Assembly: GCF_036323395.1 (NCBI RefSeq)
Contig: NZ_AP028907.1
Coordinates: 510,001-542,000, forward strand
Direction: 5' to 3'
From: Pyrodictium abyssi
Lineage (GTDB): Archaea > Thermoproteota > Thermoprotei_A > Sulfolobales > Pyrodictiaceae
Length of the DNA stretch: 32,000 nucleotides
Shown: piece by piece, positions 15,374 to 24,725 of the stretch
How the letters are laid out: the number at the start of each line of letters is the position of its first letter
Position numbering within the stretch: position 1 is the first letter of the stretch
Made by a program: the position numbers and the translations under genes
Notes under the pieces: model-generated
The model's input: the letters and a program-made list of their open reading frames with translations, nothing else
What the model was told of the DNA's origin: nothing
Database searches by the model: none

Positions 15374-16303
15374 GTGGATGAGGGGCTCTCCTGGGGGGCT
15401 GCTGTGGCTGAGTCGCTTGCGCGGCTGCTGGAGACGGTGGGCGTCTACCTCTACAAGGGCGCGGTGTTCACAGCGGTTCTGCTCGTGGGCGTAGCTGTGT
15501 CTATGCTTGTCCGGCGTATGGTGCGGCGTACGCTTGAGCTGAGCCAGCTGCCGATGGCTGTGGTGGATGTGGCGTCTAAGCTGAGCTACTACGCGCTGGT
15601 CGCGCTGGCGGGGGTTATCGCGCTCGGTGTGGCTGGGTTCGATGTGACGGGGTTCGCGTTCGCTGGTAGCCTGATAGGCGTGGCTCTGGGTTTCGCGAGC
15701 CAGACTGTGGCGTCGAACTTCTTTAGCGGCCTCTTCCTCTACTTCGATAAGCCGCTGCGGCCCGGGGACGTAGTGGAGCTGCCCGAGATGGGTATAATGG
15801 GCCGGGTCGAGGACATAACCATGTTCTCTACGCGTATAACTACGCTCGACGGGCTCCGGGTCCGCGTCCCCAACGAGTCCGTGTTCCGGAGCACCATCAA
15901 GAACCTCTACAGCCACCCTGTCCGGAGGATAGAGTACCGGGTCGGGATAAGCTACCGGAGCAGCATAGAGGAGGCCCGGAGGGCGATACTCCGGGTCCTC
16001 GAGGGGCACCCCCTGGTCCTAGCGGAGCCCGCGCCCAGGGTCTTCGTGGAGGAGCTGGGCGATAGCGCTGTGGTGCTCCGGGTGATGTTCTGGGTGCCTA
16101 GCCTGAAGTGGCTAGAGGTGAAGTGGGAGCTACTGGGCAGGATAAAGGAGGAGCTGGACCGCGCTGGCGTGGAGATACCGTTCCCGCAGCGCGTAGTCTG
16201 GCTAAAGATGGAGCAGGGGGCCGGGGAGCCCGGGGAGGCGGTGCCGGGTGCACCAGCGGCCGGCCTGGAGGATGCTCTCGCGGGCGCTACTGGAGGCTCT
16301 TGA
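15374..16303 (+). CDS. mscS: Small-conductance mechanosensitive channel (MscS family)
   Basis: TM helices are followed by GFASQTVASNFFSGLFLYFDKPLRPGDVVEL...GRVEDITMFSTRITTLDGLRVRVPNESV, the MscS pore-helix/beta-domain signature. Confidence 0.9.
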   Translation: MDEGLSWGAAVAESLARLLETVGVYLYKGAVFTAVLLVGVAVSMLVRRMVRRTLELSQLPMAVVDVASKLSYYALVALAGVIALGVAGFDVTGFAFAGSLIGVALGFASQTVASNFFSGLFLYFDKPLRPGDVVELPEMGIMGRVEDITMFSTRITTLDGLRVRVPNESVFRSTIKNLYSHPVRRIEYRVGISYRSSIEEARRAILRVLEGHPLVLAEPAPRVFVEELGDSAVVLRVMFWVPSLKWLEVKWELLGRIKEELDRAGVEIPFPQRVVWLKMEQGAGEPGEAVPGAPAAGLEDALAGATGGS

Positions 16304-17084
16304 CGGGCCTCTGAGGCGTTGGGCCGGGCTCGGCGTCGTGGACGCGTTCGCCGGCCGTAGCCACGTCTACGTGGAGCTCGAGGGCGGCTGGTGCGGCGTC
16401 AGCCTGGTCCCGCACTGGCTGCCCGTAGAGCCGCTCGACGAGCGTCTAGAGGACGCTACGCCCCGGATGCTGGCCCGGCTAGCGGGCCGCGGCTTGCCCC
16501 TCGCAGCCGCCTTCGCGGTGGCGGCGGTGAACGCGGTGACCAGCGCCTGGATAGAGTGCACGGCCGAGCCCGGCGTGGAGGTGCAGCGCCGCAGCCTAGC
16601 AGAGGTCCTGGGCGCCGGGAGGGGGGACAGGGTGGTGCTCCTAGGCTACATGGCCGGGCTGGCCCGGGAGCTAGGCGTGGCCGGCGCCGAGGTCCTGGTC
16701 GCGGAGCTGGATCCGGCCCTGCGGGGGGAGGCGCGCCGCGCGGGCTACCATGTGCTGGAGACGATCGAGGAGACGCTAGGGGCTCTGCGCTCTGCGAGCC
16801 TCGTGGTCGCGTCTGGGAGCGCTGTGCTGGACCCGCCGCGGCTCCTCGAGGAGTTCGCCGCGGCCCGGGCTGCGCGGGAGCGCGTGCTCGTAGGCCACAC
16901 CTCTAGCTTCCACCCGGTGGTCGGCGCGAGGCTGGGGGCCACGATCGTGGCTGGCACGTATATCGACCGTGGTGTGTGCCGCGAGCTCCGCTGGACTGTG
17001 GCGGCGGGTGGTGGGCCGCACCGCGCCGAGACGAGGAGGAGGATACGGCTAGTCAAGTGGGTCGCGAGGACGCCCCAGGGCTAG
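16272..17084 (+). CDS. DUF4213/DUF364-like Rossmann-domain protein (family annotated as putative heavy-metal chelation)
   Basis: Has DRVVLLGYMAGLARELGVAGAEVLVAELD...SASLVVASGSAVLDPPRLLEEF...RVLVGHTSSFHPVV...GATIVAGTYIDRG. ATG 16272 is preferred and overlaps the mscS end by 32 nt. Confidence 0.6.
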   Translation: MLSRALLEALDGPLRRWAGLGVVDAFAGRSHVYVELEGGWCGVSLVPHWLPVEPLDERLEDATPRMLARLAGRGLPLAAAFAVAAVNAVTSAWIECTAEPGVEVQRRSLAEVLGAGRGDRVVLLGYMAGLARELGVAGAEVLVAELDPALRGEARRAGYHVLETIEETLGALRSASLVVASGSAVLDPPRLLEEFAAARAARERVLVGHTSSFHPVVGARLGATIVAGTYIDRGVCRELRWTVAAGGGPHRAETRRRIRLVKWVARTPQG

Positions 17085-18454
17085 GCGCCGGTCTTCATGC
17101 CCCATTCGCGGAGCCCGTTCACGGCCATGTAGATGCTGCGCTGGACGGCGTGGGCCGCGTAAAGGCTGCCCGGCTTCTCTAGCGTGTAGCAGCCGTTGCT
17201 CCTCTTCTCGCCTAGCGCGCGGAGCGCTGCTGCGACCACGGCGTTGAGGCCGCTGGCCCAGAGGCCGTAGCGCTTGGCGAGCTGGCCTGGGCACCAGCGC
17301 AGCCCGAACGCCATGGAGGAGGCGTAGTAGAGTATGTCCTCCTCCACGGTGAGGCTCTTGGCTAGTGCTGCTGCGTGGCCCCTCTCCGCCACTAGCTTCA
17401 CGTACCGCTCGGGCGTGAACGTGTTCACGTATATGTAGCCCTCGGTGCGGCCGATGGCGCTGAGCCCTATGGCTAGGAACCGGTCGTAGTCCACCACGTA
17501 CTCGTCTATCAGCTCCGAGCCCCTGTCCATGCACCACGGCGTAGCCGGCCGGTGGCCCGTGTCCCGGGCTGCGCGGAGCACCGCCTCGTAGAGCCTGGGC
17601 TCCAGGGGGTGCCAGGGGCCCTCCCGCCTCCTGCGGAGCAGCTTCCGCAGCCCAGGGGCGGGCATGAGCGGGTAGAAGGTGACCTGGCTAGCCCCGATCT
17701 CGAGGGCCCTCCGGGCCTCGTTGTAGACCGTCTCCGGGGTGTCGCTCGCGATGCCCCACACTATGTCTATGTTGAGTGTCTCGAACCGGCCTCTCGCGGC
17801 CTCTACGGCGCGTAGCGCGTCCTCCACCGTGTTGCTGAGCCTGCCTAGGCGGCGTAGCCTCTCGTTGCTCAGAGCCTGGACCCCTATGCTCAGCCTGCTC
17901 ACGCCCGCGGAGCGGAGCACAGAGACAGCCTCGTCGTCTATGTCCAGCGGGCTAGCCTCGGTGGAGACGCTTAGGCCGCGGCCGAAGTAGCTCCGGAGCA
18001 CGTCCACGAGCTCCGCGAGGCCGTAGACGTCTATGCTCGGGGTGCCCCCGCCTATGTAGACGAGAGGCACCTTAGCAGCCTCTGCGGTCGAGGCGAGCCA
18101 CGAGGCCTCCGCTGCGAGGGCCTTCATGTATCTTTTGTTCATCTCCCGGTCGAGTGGGTAGCGGACGAAACAGCAGAAGCGGCAGAGAGGCTGGTGGCAG
18201 AACGGCATGTGAACGTAGAGCGCGTGAGCCCCCTCCGCGGAGGCCAGGGCCTCCACGTGGCGGCGTGGGTCGGCGGGCCTCCTCTCTAGGGTGTGGAAGA
18301 ACTGCTCGGCGCGCCGCAGCGCGATGGCAGCCAGCACTCTGGCTAGGCGTACAGCAGCCCATGGCAGCTTGGCTGCCCCGCTGCGGCCATCCCCGGGCAA
18401 CCTACAGCTCCCTCCCCGCGCGTTGTAGCATAGTGGAGGCCTCTGTCCTCCCAT
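17081..18454 (-). CDS. Radical SAM protein, HemN/HemW-like (oxygen-independent coproporphyrinogen oxidase family)
   Basis: LYVHMPFCHQPLCRFCCF (CxxxCxxC cluster), GGGTPS and a TIM-barrel-like remainder. The N-terminal 39 aa look non-native; an alternative GTG start lies at 18337. Confidence 0.85.
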   Translation of the reverse strand: MGGQRPPLCYNARGGSCRLPGDGRSGAAKLPWAAVRLARVLAAIALRRAEQFFHTLERRPADPRRHVEALASAEGAHALYVHMPFCHQPLCRFCCFVRYPLDREMNKRYMKALAAEASWLASTAEAAKVPLVYIGGGTPSIDVYGLAELVDVLRSYFGRGLSVSTEASPLDIDDEAVSVLRSAGVSRLSIGVQALSNERLRRLGRLSNTVEDALRAVEAARGRFETLNIDIVWGIASDTPETVYNEARRALEIGASQVTFYPLMPAPGLRKLLRRRREGPWHPLEPRLYEAVLRAARDTGHRPATPWCMDRGSELIDEYVVDYDRFLAIGLSAIGRTEGYIYVNTFTPERYVKLVAERGHAAALAKSLTVEEDILYYASSMAFGLRWCPGQLAKRYGLWASGLNAVVAAALRALGEKRSNGCYTLEKPGSLYAAHAVQRSIYMAVNGLREWGMKTGA

Positions 18455-18742
18455 GGAGCGCGCCTCCGCAGCCCCTATTGCCTCTTCAGCCGGCAGTGCC
18501 CGGGCCTGGTTGCACCGCCCCCTATGGCTGCCTCCGGCGCACCCCCGGGCCTCCGGAGGCTCTTGTCCTGTCAGGCGCCGCGGCCGGGTCTTGGAGGCCT
18601 CTACTTAAGGTAATACCGCTCCTTATCCTCCAGGGAACGGGCCGCTTCAGGGCCCAGCCAGAGCGGCCTGCCATGTAGCCGAGGCGGGCGGGGCTGTAGG
18701 AGAGCCTTGAGGAGGCGCGGCAGAGGCGGCGAGCCCATAGGC

Positions 18743-20845
18743 ATGGTGACCGGCGACTCCAGGCCAGACTACTTCGTGTTCACCGTGGACCCCGACAACA
18801 TCCCGCCCCTCTACGACTACGTGTACGTCGAGGCCTGGGAGACCCCGCCGGGCGAGGACACCCGCGTCACAGTGAAGATCCTGGCCCAGATCCGGGCCGT
18901 CCGCAGGCTCGCCGTCGGCGTCTCCCCGGAGCACCCCTGGCCCGTCCTCCGCAACCTCAGCCTGCCCCGCGGCAGCGACACCGTGGTAGCCGCGGCCCGC
19001 GTGCTGGGCTACAAGTGGAAGGGCCGCATCTACCTCCCCCGCCACGCCCCGCCCGTGGGTAGCTGGGTCTACCTCGCCCCGGACGAGCTGCTCGAGGACT
19101 TCTACTCGGTGGACAAGCCCCGCCGGCTCCACGTGGGGAGCCTCATCTCCCGGCCGAGCGTCCCAGCCTACCTGGACCTGGAGGGCGTAAAGCGCCACGT
19201 AGCCATCATAGCCGCGACGGGCGCGGGCAAGACGTGGGCTAGCGTGGTACTGATAGAGGAGCTGCTCAAGAAAGGCGCCACGATAGTCGTGCTGGACCCG
19301 CACGGCGAGTACACCGCTATGAAGAGGACTGTCTTCCGGCTCGGCCCCGGCTTCGAGAACGCCGTGCGCGTGATAAAGGGGAGGCGGGACCAGGAGGGCG
19401 ACATACAGTACCGGGTCAGCGTAGCCGACATGTCGCCCGAGGAGCTAGCCTCGATAGCAGGAGTCCCCGCGAAGGCGACCCGCATAAGGAGCGTGATATA
19501 CGGGGCGAAGAGGCTCGCCCGCTGGGTCGCCGAGGCCACGGGGCAGCGGAAGTGGCTAGGCCTACGCGGCATGATCAAGGTGGTCCATGCCGCCATAGAC
19601 GCTGTCGAGGTGGCCCGGCTCCAGGGCGGCCGCCTCGACCGGTTCGCCGCCGAGCTACTCCGCCGGCTAAGCGTAGCCGTGTCCCAGGACCTCTACAAGG
19701 CGGCGGCTACGGGCCGGAGGCTGGAGGAGCTCCTAGCGGCGGACGAGAGGCTCGGCAGGGGGATACGCAGGCTCTGGCTAGCGCTCGGCAAGGACAGTAG
19801 CCCGGGCTACGACGCGATACGCTACCTGGAGGAGCTCCGCCGCATAGGCGTCTACGGAGTAGGCAGCCTCCCCCTCGACCAGCTACTAGAGCCCGGCACC
19901 GTGACGGTCGTGAACCTCGCCGGGCTCCGGGCCGAGGTGCAGGACCACCTAGCCTTCAACATACTGGCCAGGATATTCAACGCCCGGCTCCGCTACGTGA
20001 GGGGTGTTGACGGCGAGAGCTACCCCTACCCGGTGGTCATAGTCGTAGAGGAGGCCCACCGCTTCATGCCGCCCAAGAGCCAGAAGCAGACACGCAGCCG
20101 CGACGTGGCAGCGACTATCGCTAGCGAGGGCCGGAAGTTCGGCGTCTTCCTGGTAGCGATAACCCAGAGGCCCTCCCGCATAGACCCTGACGTGCTCAGC
20201 CAGCTCCAGGGCCAGATAATACTAAGGATAGTCAACCCTAGGGACCAGGAGGCTATCAGGGACTCGAGCGAGCAGGTGAGCCAGGACCTCCTCGACAACC
20301 TGCCAGGCCTCAACACCGGCGAGGCGGTGGTCGTCGGCCCGCTCGCCCCGAGCCCGCTCATGATAAGGCTCCGGGACCGCGTGCTCGACTACAGCGGCGG
20401 TGACCTGAGCCTAGTAGAGGCCTGGGCTGGCGGCCGCGAGGACCTACGCCTAGTGGAGGAGCTCCGCGCGGAGGCCCTCGAGAAGGCGGGTCAGCTCCTC
20501 GGAGAGCAGCCACCAGACCTAGCCGAGGCAGTAGCCGCGATAGCCGGGCTAGACCCCGCGCCCGAGACAGTGGAGAGGGCGCTACGGCTCCTAGCCCGGG
20601 AGCAGGTCTGGGCCAGCTACAGCGAGGAGACAGGCACAGTCTACGGCGAGGTGATGACCGGCAGCGGCTACTCCTACGAGGCCCGGGTCAGCCTCCCCGA
20701 GCGCAGGAGCAGCTGCAGCTGCCGGGCGCGGCAGCCCTGCAGCCACGCCGTAGCAGTGCTCCTACGCGCCCTGCTCGACGGGCTACTCGCCGTGCCGCGG
20801 CAGCAGCCGAGCGAGCCCGAGGGCTGGTGGAGCGAGTTCCTCTAG
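18743..20845 (+). CDS. HerA/DUF87-type ATPase with C-terminal SWIM zinc finger
   Basis: N-terminal barrel-like region, Walker A IIAATGAGKTW, Walker B VVIVVEEAHRFMP and GRKFGVFLVAITQRPSRIDPDVLSQLQGQIILRIVNPRD. C-terminal CSC(x5)CSH (C 20714, C 20720, C 20738, H 20744-20746) is preceded by beta-rich VWASYSEETGTVYGEVMTGSGYSYEARVSL. ATG 18743 preferred. Confidence 0.85.
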   Translation: MVTGDSRPDYFVFTVDPDNIPPLYDYVYVEAWETPPGEDTRVTVKILAQIRAVRRLAVGVSPEHPWPVLRNLSLPRGSDTVVAAARVLGYKWKGRIYLPRHAPPVGSWVYLAPDELLEDFYSVDKPRRLHVGSLISRPSVPAYLDLEGVKRHVAIIAATGAGKTWASVVLIEELLKKGATIVVLDPHGEYTAMKRTVFRLGPGFENAVRVIKGRRDQEGDIQYRVSVADMSPEELASIAGVPAKATRIRSVIYGAKRLARWVAEATGQRKWLGLRGMIKVVHAAIDAVEVARLQGGRLDRFAAELLRRLSVAVSQDLYKAAATGRRLEELLAADERLGRGIRRLWLALGKDSSPGYDAIRYLEELRRIGVYGVGSLPLDQLLEPGTVTVVNLAGLRAEVQDHLAFNILARIFNARLRYVRGVDGESYPYPVVIVVEEAHRFMPPKSQKQTRSRDVAATIASEGRKFGVFLVAITQRPSRIDPDVLSQLQGQIILRIVNPRDQEAIRDSSEQVSQDLLDNLPGLNTGEAVVVGPLAPSPLMIRLRDRVLDYSGGDLSLVEAWAGGREDLRLVEELRAEALEKAGQLLGEQPPDLAEAVAAIAGLDPAPETVERALRLLAREQVWASYSEETGTVYGEVMTGSGYSYEARVSLPERRSSCSCRARQPCSHAVAVLLRALLDGLLAVPRQQPSEPEGWWSEFL

Positions 20846-21002
20846 CCGCGGCTACTCCTACGAGGCCCCGGGTAACCCCGCGTGGCGCGGCTCTGGGGCT
20901 TAGGCCCTGGTACCTCCTTCTAGACCCACGTGTATCCCACTAGCATATATAGTGGCTGGGCGTCTACCAGGCCCTGTACCCCAGGGTGGCCCAGGTGTGC
21001 CG

Positions 21003-21881
21003 GTGCACCTCTCCAATAGCGAGGTAGACATGCTAGTCGACCCGGCCGGGCTCCTCGAGGACGTGGAGAGCGTGCTCCGCGACCAGGGCGTCGTAGCCCC
21101 TGCCAGGCTGAGCCTAGAGCACAGCGGCTCCTGGCTCGGCGTGATGCCGTCGGCGGGCCAGGGCTTCTACGCCGTCAAGGTGGTCGGGGTCTACCCGGGG
21201 AACCCGGAGCGGGGCCTACCACTGGTCCGCGGCCGCCTACTACTAGTCGACGCCGGGACGGGGGATCTCCTCCTGGAGGCGGACGCGGAGGCGCCCACCG
21301 GCTGGAGGACAGCGGCGGCCACGGCCCTAGCCCTAAGGCTCCTAGGCGGCACGAGGGGCGTCCTAGGCGTCATAGGCGCAGGGGTGCAGGCGGAGTACCA
21401 CCTCAGGCTACTCACACACGTCTACCGCTACAGCAGGGTACTGGTCTACTCCCGTACCCGCAGCCGCGCCGAGGAGCTAGCAGCCCGCTACGGGGGCGAG
21501 GCAGTAGGGCACGAGGAGCTGCTCCGCAGCGCCGACACAGTGGTCGCAGCAACCACGGCACGTAGCCCAGTCGTCCTCGGCCGGCTGCTCCGGAGCGGCG
21601 CCGTCGTGGCCAGCGTGGGGGCGCCCCGGCCCGTCCGGGAGCTGGACCGCGGCACCCTGCAGCGGGCCCGCTGCGTGCTAGTAGACACCCGCGAGGGAGT
21701 GCTAAGCGAGAGCAGCGACGTGGACGAGGAGCTGGTCGAGATAGTCGAGCTGAGAGAAGCTCTGAGAGGGAAAAACTGCCCCGCGGGAGAGATACGGGTC
21801 TACAAGAGCGTCGGCACAGCTGTGCTAGACCTGGCTATCGCGCTGCACCTCTACCGGAGGCTGGCGCGCCGAGACTCTTAG
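21003..21881 (+). CDS. Ornithine cyclodeaminase / mu-crystallin family protein (archaeal alanine dehydrogenase-like)
   Basis: Has KVVGVYPGNPERGLPLVRGRLLLVDAGTGDLL, TGWRTAAATALA, Rossmann GVIGAGVQA and KSVGTAVLDLAIA. GTG 21003 (HLSNSEVDMLVD...) best matches family N-termini; alternatives are 20952 and 21030. Confidence 0.8.
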   Translation: MHLSNSEVDMLVDPAGLLEDVESVLRDQGVVAPARLSLEHSGSWLGVMPSAGQGFYAVKVVGVYPGNPERGLPLVRGRLLLVDAGTGDLLLEADAEAPTGWRTAAATALALRLLGGTRGVLGVIGAGVQAEYHLRLLTHVYRYSRVLVYSRTRSRAEELAARYGGEAVGHEELLRSADTVVAATTARSPVVLGRLLRSGAVVASVGAPRPVRELDRGTLQRARCVLVDTREGVLSESSDVDEELVEIVELREALRGKNCPAGEIRVYKSVGTAVLDLAIALHLYRRLARRDS

Positions 21882-22974
21882 CCTTCTCCTCGAGCCGGCT
21901 CCGCGGCAGCGGGTACATGGTCTTCTCCGGCAGCACGCCCTGAGGCCTCACCATGAGCACTACTACCAGCAGCGCGCCTAGCACCAGGTAGTCGAGCCAC
22001 GCCGGGTCGAACGGCAGGTAGGGCGCTATGAGCGTCTTATTGTAGGTTATCATCTGCCTGACTAGCACTAGTATGAATGTGCCCAGCAGCGTGCCGAGGT
22101 TGTTAGCCATGCCGCCCAGTATCATCATGGCCCAGACCCAGAAGGTCCAGGATACCCTGTTGTAGCTGGTAGCCATCCAGCCCAGCGACCCTGTCATGAA
22201 CAGCGCGCCGGCTATAGCAGCCAGCGCTGAGCCTATCATCAGCGTCTTTAGCTTGATCCTCGTCACGTCCTTGCCCAGAGACTCGGCGGCAGCCTCGTTG
22301 TCGCGTACACCCTTCAGCAGCCGGCCCATAGGGCTACGCAGCACTAGCTCTAGGTACGCGAACACTACTACCGCTACCAGCGCGGTTATTATCAGCGTGG
22401 ACACTGTGTGCGGGTCAGAGACACCCAGCCTGCTCACTATGTTGTCGAGCCAGACCAGGGTATTGGGCACAGTGAGGCCTAGCGTGCCGCCGAGCTGTGG
22501 CGCGTTATACGCTACTATCATCGACGCCTCCGCGGCGGCTAGCAGCGTTATGGCTAGGTAGTCCTCGCGTAGCCGTGCGGCAGGGTAGGCGGCGAGCCAG
22601 CCTACTGCGGCGCCCACTAGCGCGGCGACCACTAGCACTAGCAGGAAGAGCGCTAGCGATAACGCGGGGTGCTCGGCGAAGTACCTGCTCAGCGCATCGG
22701 CTATCAACGTGTTGTAGCTGCCCGCGTAGCTCAGCTGCCCGCCGGTCATGGCTTCTAGCTGCTGCTTTACATCGGCTGGTAGCAGCGCGAGCCCGAGGTA
22801 GCCCGGCAGCGCGGCAGCCACTATAGCGCCTACGAGTACCGCCAGGTGCTTGCCGAAGTTGGGTATACCGGTGACACCTGCCTCTATGTTGAGGCTGAGA
22901 GACACTATGGCGTAGACCGCGACCCACAGCCAGAAGCTAGGCTCGAAGAGTACACCTATGACCGGCACGGCCAC
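21835..22974 (-). CDS. livM: Branched-chain amino acid ABC transporter permease (LivM-type)
   Basis: 379-aa polytopic protein, last gene of the minus-strand livGFHM-like operon. Its 3' end overlaps the convergent gene at 21003-21881 by 47 nt. Confidence 0.85.
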   Translation of the reverse strand: MAVPVIGVLFEPSFWLWVAVYAIVSLSLNIEAGVTGIPNFGKHLAVLVGAIVAAALPGYLGLALLPADVKQQLEAMTGGQLSYAGSYNTLIADALSRYFAEHPALSLALFLLVLVVAALVGAAVGWLAAYPAARLREDYLAITLLAAAEASMIVAYNAPQLGGTLGLTVPNTLVWLDNIVSRLGVSDPHTVSTLIITALVAVVVFAYLELVLRSPMGRLLKGVRDNEAAAESLGKDVTRIKLKTLMIGSALAAIAGALFMTGSLGWMATSYNRVSWTFWVWAMMILGGMANNLGTLLGTFILVLVRQMITYNKTLIAPYLPFDPAWLDYLVLGALLVVVLMVRPQGVLPEKTMYPLPRSRLEEKAKSLGAPASGRGAAR

Positions 22975-22996
22975 AGCTACTCACCCCGCCCCGGGT

Positions 22997-23965
22997 CTAG
23001 GCTTCTGCCTTCTGGGCCTTGCCTCTCATCCTCCGGAGAAGCTTCCTCCAGTTCACGCCCATCAGGCCCTCGGGGGCCACGAGGAGCACCACCACTATAA
23101 GGGCTAGCGACACCACCTTACGGTAAGCCGTTATACCGGTTAGCCCTAGCAGCTCGCCCAGCAGCCTAGTACCTATGGTCTCGCTGAGGCCCACTAGGTA
23201 GCCGCCTACGACGCCGCCCAGCAGGCTCTGGAGGCCACCGACAATGCTCGCAGCGAACACGCTTACTACCTCGAGGCTCCCAGTAGCGGGGTTTATCCTC
23301 AGCACGAAGGACATTAGGCCGCCAGCGAGGCCAGCAAGCCCGCCGGCTATCAGCCACGAGACGGCGTAGACTAGGTCGACGTTGACGCCCAGCACCTGGG
23401 CTAGCTGGGGGTTCTCGATGCTAGCCCTCATTGCGACGCCGAACTTCGTCCGCGTTAGCAGCAGGTAGAGCGCTATCAGGCTGAAGGCCACGAGGCCTAT
23501 GGATATCCAGGTGCCCTCTGTGAGCCCTGCTACGCGGGTGAGTACAAAGCTGCGTAGGCTCCAGTCTCTGCTAGTGCCCGTCACGGGGTTCATGCCGCGC
23601 ACTATGTCCGCGTATATGTTCAGCACGCCTATCAGGAATATGTCGACGCCTAGCGTCGCTATCATGAGGCCTAGCGCGTCTGTACCCCTCCGCTGCAGCG
23701 GGCGGAGGACGAGGAGGTACTCCAGCAGCCCTGCAGCTGCGCCAGCGAGGAACGCGGCGAGAAAACCTAGCGCTATGCTAGCCTTGTACACAGCTACTAC
23801 TGTGAAGAGCAGGTATGCGCCTATTATCGCTAGGCTACCGTGGGCGAAGTTTGGTATCTTCGTCGTCAGGTAGGTCATGGTGAGGCCTATGGCTAGGAGT
23901 ACGAGCGCGTTGCTGTAGACGAGGCTGTTCTCGAGATACACGAGGCTGATGGGCATGCCCCGCAC
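22997..23965 (-). CDS. livH: Branched-chain amino acid ABC transporter permease (LivH-type)
   Basis: Has LLAIGLTMTYLTTKIPNFAHGSLAIIGAY, the LivH signature. Start is GTG 23965 or ATG 23956. Confidence 0.9.
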   Translation of the reverse strand: MRGMPISLVYLENSLVYSNALVLLAIGLTMTYLTTKIPNFAHGSLAIIGAYLLFTVVAVYKASIALGFLAAFLAGAAAGLLEYLLVLRPLQRRGTDALGLMIATLGVDIFLIGVLNIYADIVRGMNPVTGTSRDWSLRSFVLTRVAGLTEGTWISIGLVAFSLIALYLLLTRTKFGVAMRASIENPQLAQVLGVNVDLVYAVSWLIAGGLAGLAGGLMSFVLRINPATGSLEVVSVFAASIVGGLQSLLGGVVGGYLVGLSETIGTRLLGELLGLTGITAYRKVVSLALIVVVLLVAPEGLMGVNWRKLLRRMRGKAQKAEA

Positions 23966-23990
23966 CCCCTCCTCCGGCTAGTTTTCACGG

Positions 23991-24716
23991 CTACCCGGTC
24001 TCGGCGACTAGGCCTAGGTACATGCGCGCGAGGTCGGGGTGGTGCAGCAGCTCCTCCGCCTCGCCCTCGAAGGCTACGCGGCCACCTACTAGGAGGACGG
24101 CGCGGTCGCCGTACTCTAGCGCCTTCTTCGCGTTCTGCTCGACCAGCAGCACAGTTATCTTGTACTCGTCGCGTAGCCTGGCAATGATGTCGAGTATCTC
24201 GATGGCTATCTTGGGCGCGAGAGCGGCTGTAGGCTCGTCGAAGAGCATGAGCTTGGGCCTCCTTATCAAGGCTATACCTATGGCTAGCATCTGCCTCTCG
24301 CCGCCGCTGAGCGTGCCAGCCTTCTGGTCGAGCCTCTCGCGGAGTATCGGGAACATCTCGAGAACCTCTTCCACCCGGTCCTGGGCGCTCGACTCGTCCA
24401 GCCCATAGGTGGCCATGACCAGGTTTTCTCTCACCGTGAGCTTGGCGAACACGTTGTCGGTCTGCGGGACGTAGGCTATGCCCATCTTAGCTATCTTGTG
24501 TGGTGGTAGGCCCGCGATGTTCTTGCCGTCGAACAGTATCTCGCCGCTGTATATGGTGGTGAGCCCGAATATGGTCTTCAGCGTGGTGCTCTTGCCGCTA
24601 CCGTTCGGCCCAACTATCACCGTTATCTTCTCCGGTGGCGCGGTGAAGCTCACGTCGAACAGTATCTGTAGCTTACCGTAGCCCGCGTTTAGCTTGCGGA
24701 GCTCGAGGCTAGGCAC
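23991..24716 (-). CDS. livF: Branched-chain amino acid ABC transporter ATP-binding protein (LivF-type)
   Basis: Has GPNGSGKST, LSGGERQML and LMLFDEPTAALAP; 241 aa. Confidence 0.9.
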   Translation of the reverse strand: MPSLELRKLNAGYGKLQILFDVSFTAPPEKITVIVGPNGSGKSTTLKTIFGLTTIYSGEILFDGKNIAGLPPHKIAKMGIAYVPQTDNVFAKLTVRENLVMATYGLDESSAQDRVEEVLEMFPILRERLDQKAGTLSGGERQMLAIGIALIRRPKLMLFDEPTAALAPKIAIEILDIIARLRDEYKITVLLVEQNAKKALEYGDRAVLLVGGRVAFEGEAEELLHHPDLARMYLGLVAETG

Positions 24717-24725
24717 GGCCGCCCT

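Noticed and set aside
15356-16009. Minus-strand 217-aa ORF overlapping mscS
   Set aside because: The plus-strand frame has the MscS signature, while the antisense translation is His/Pro/Arg/Glu-rich without TM segments or motifs.
16391-17537. Arg/Gly-rich ORFs (16391-16906 plus, 16745-17056 minus, 17049-17537 minus)
   Set aside because: These are alternate-frame artefacts of the DUF364-like and radical SAM genes, with low-complexity RGRG/RRRR content.
18647-19303. Minus-strand 218-aa ORF overlapping the 5' part of the HerA-like gene
   Set aside because: It has no motifs and an antisense-type composition. The plus strand carries the Walker A and barrel domain of HerA-like proteins.
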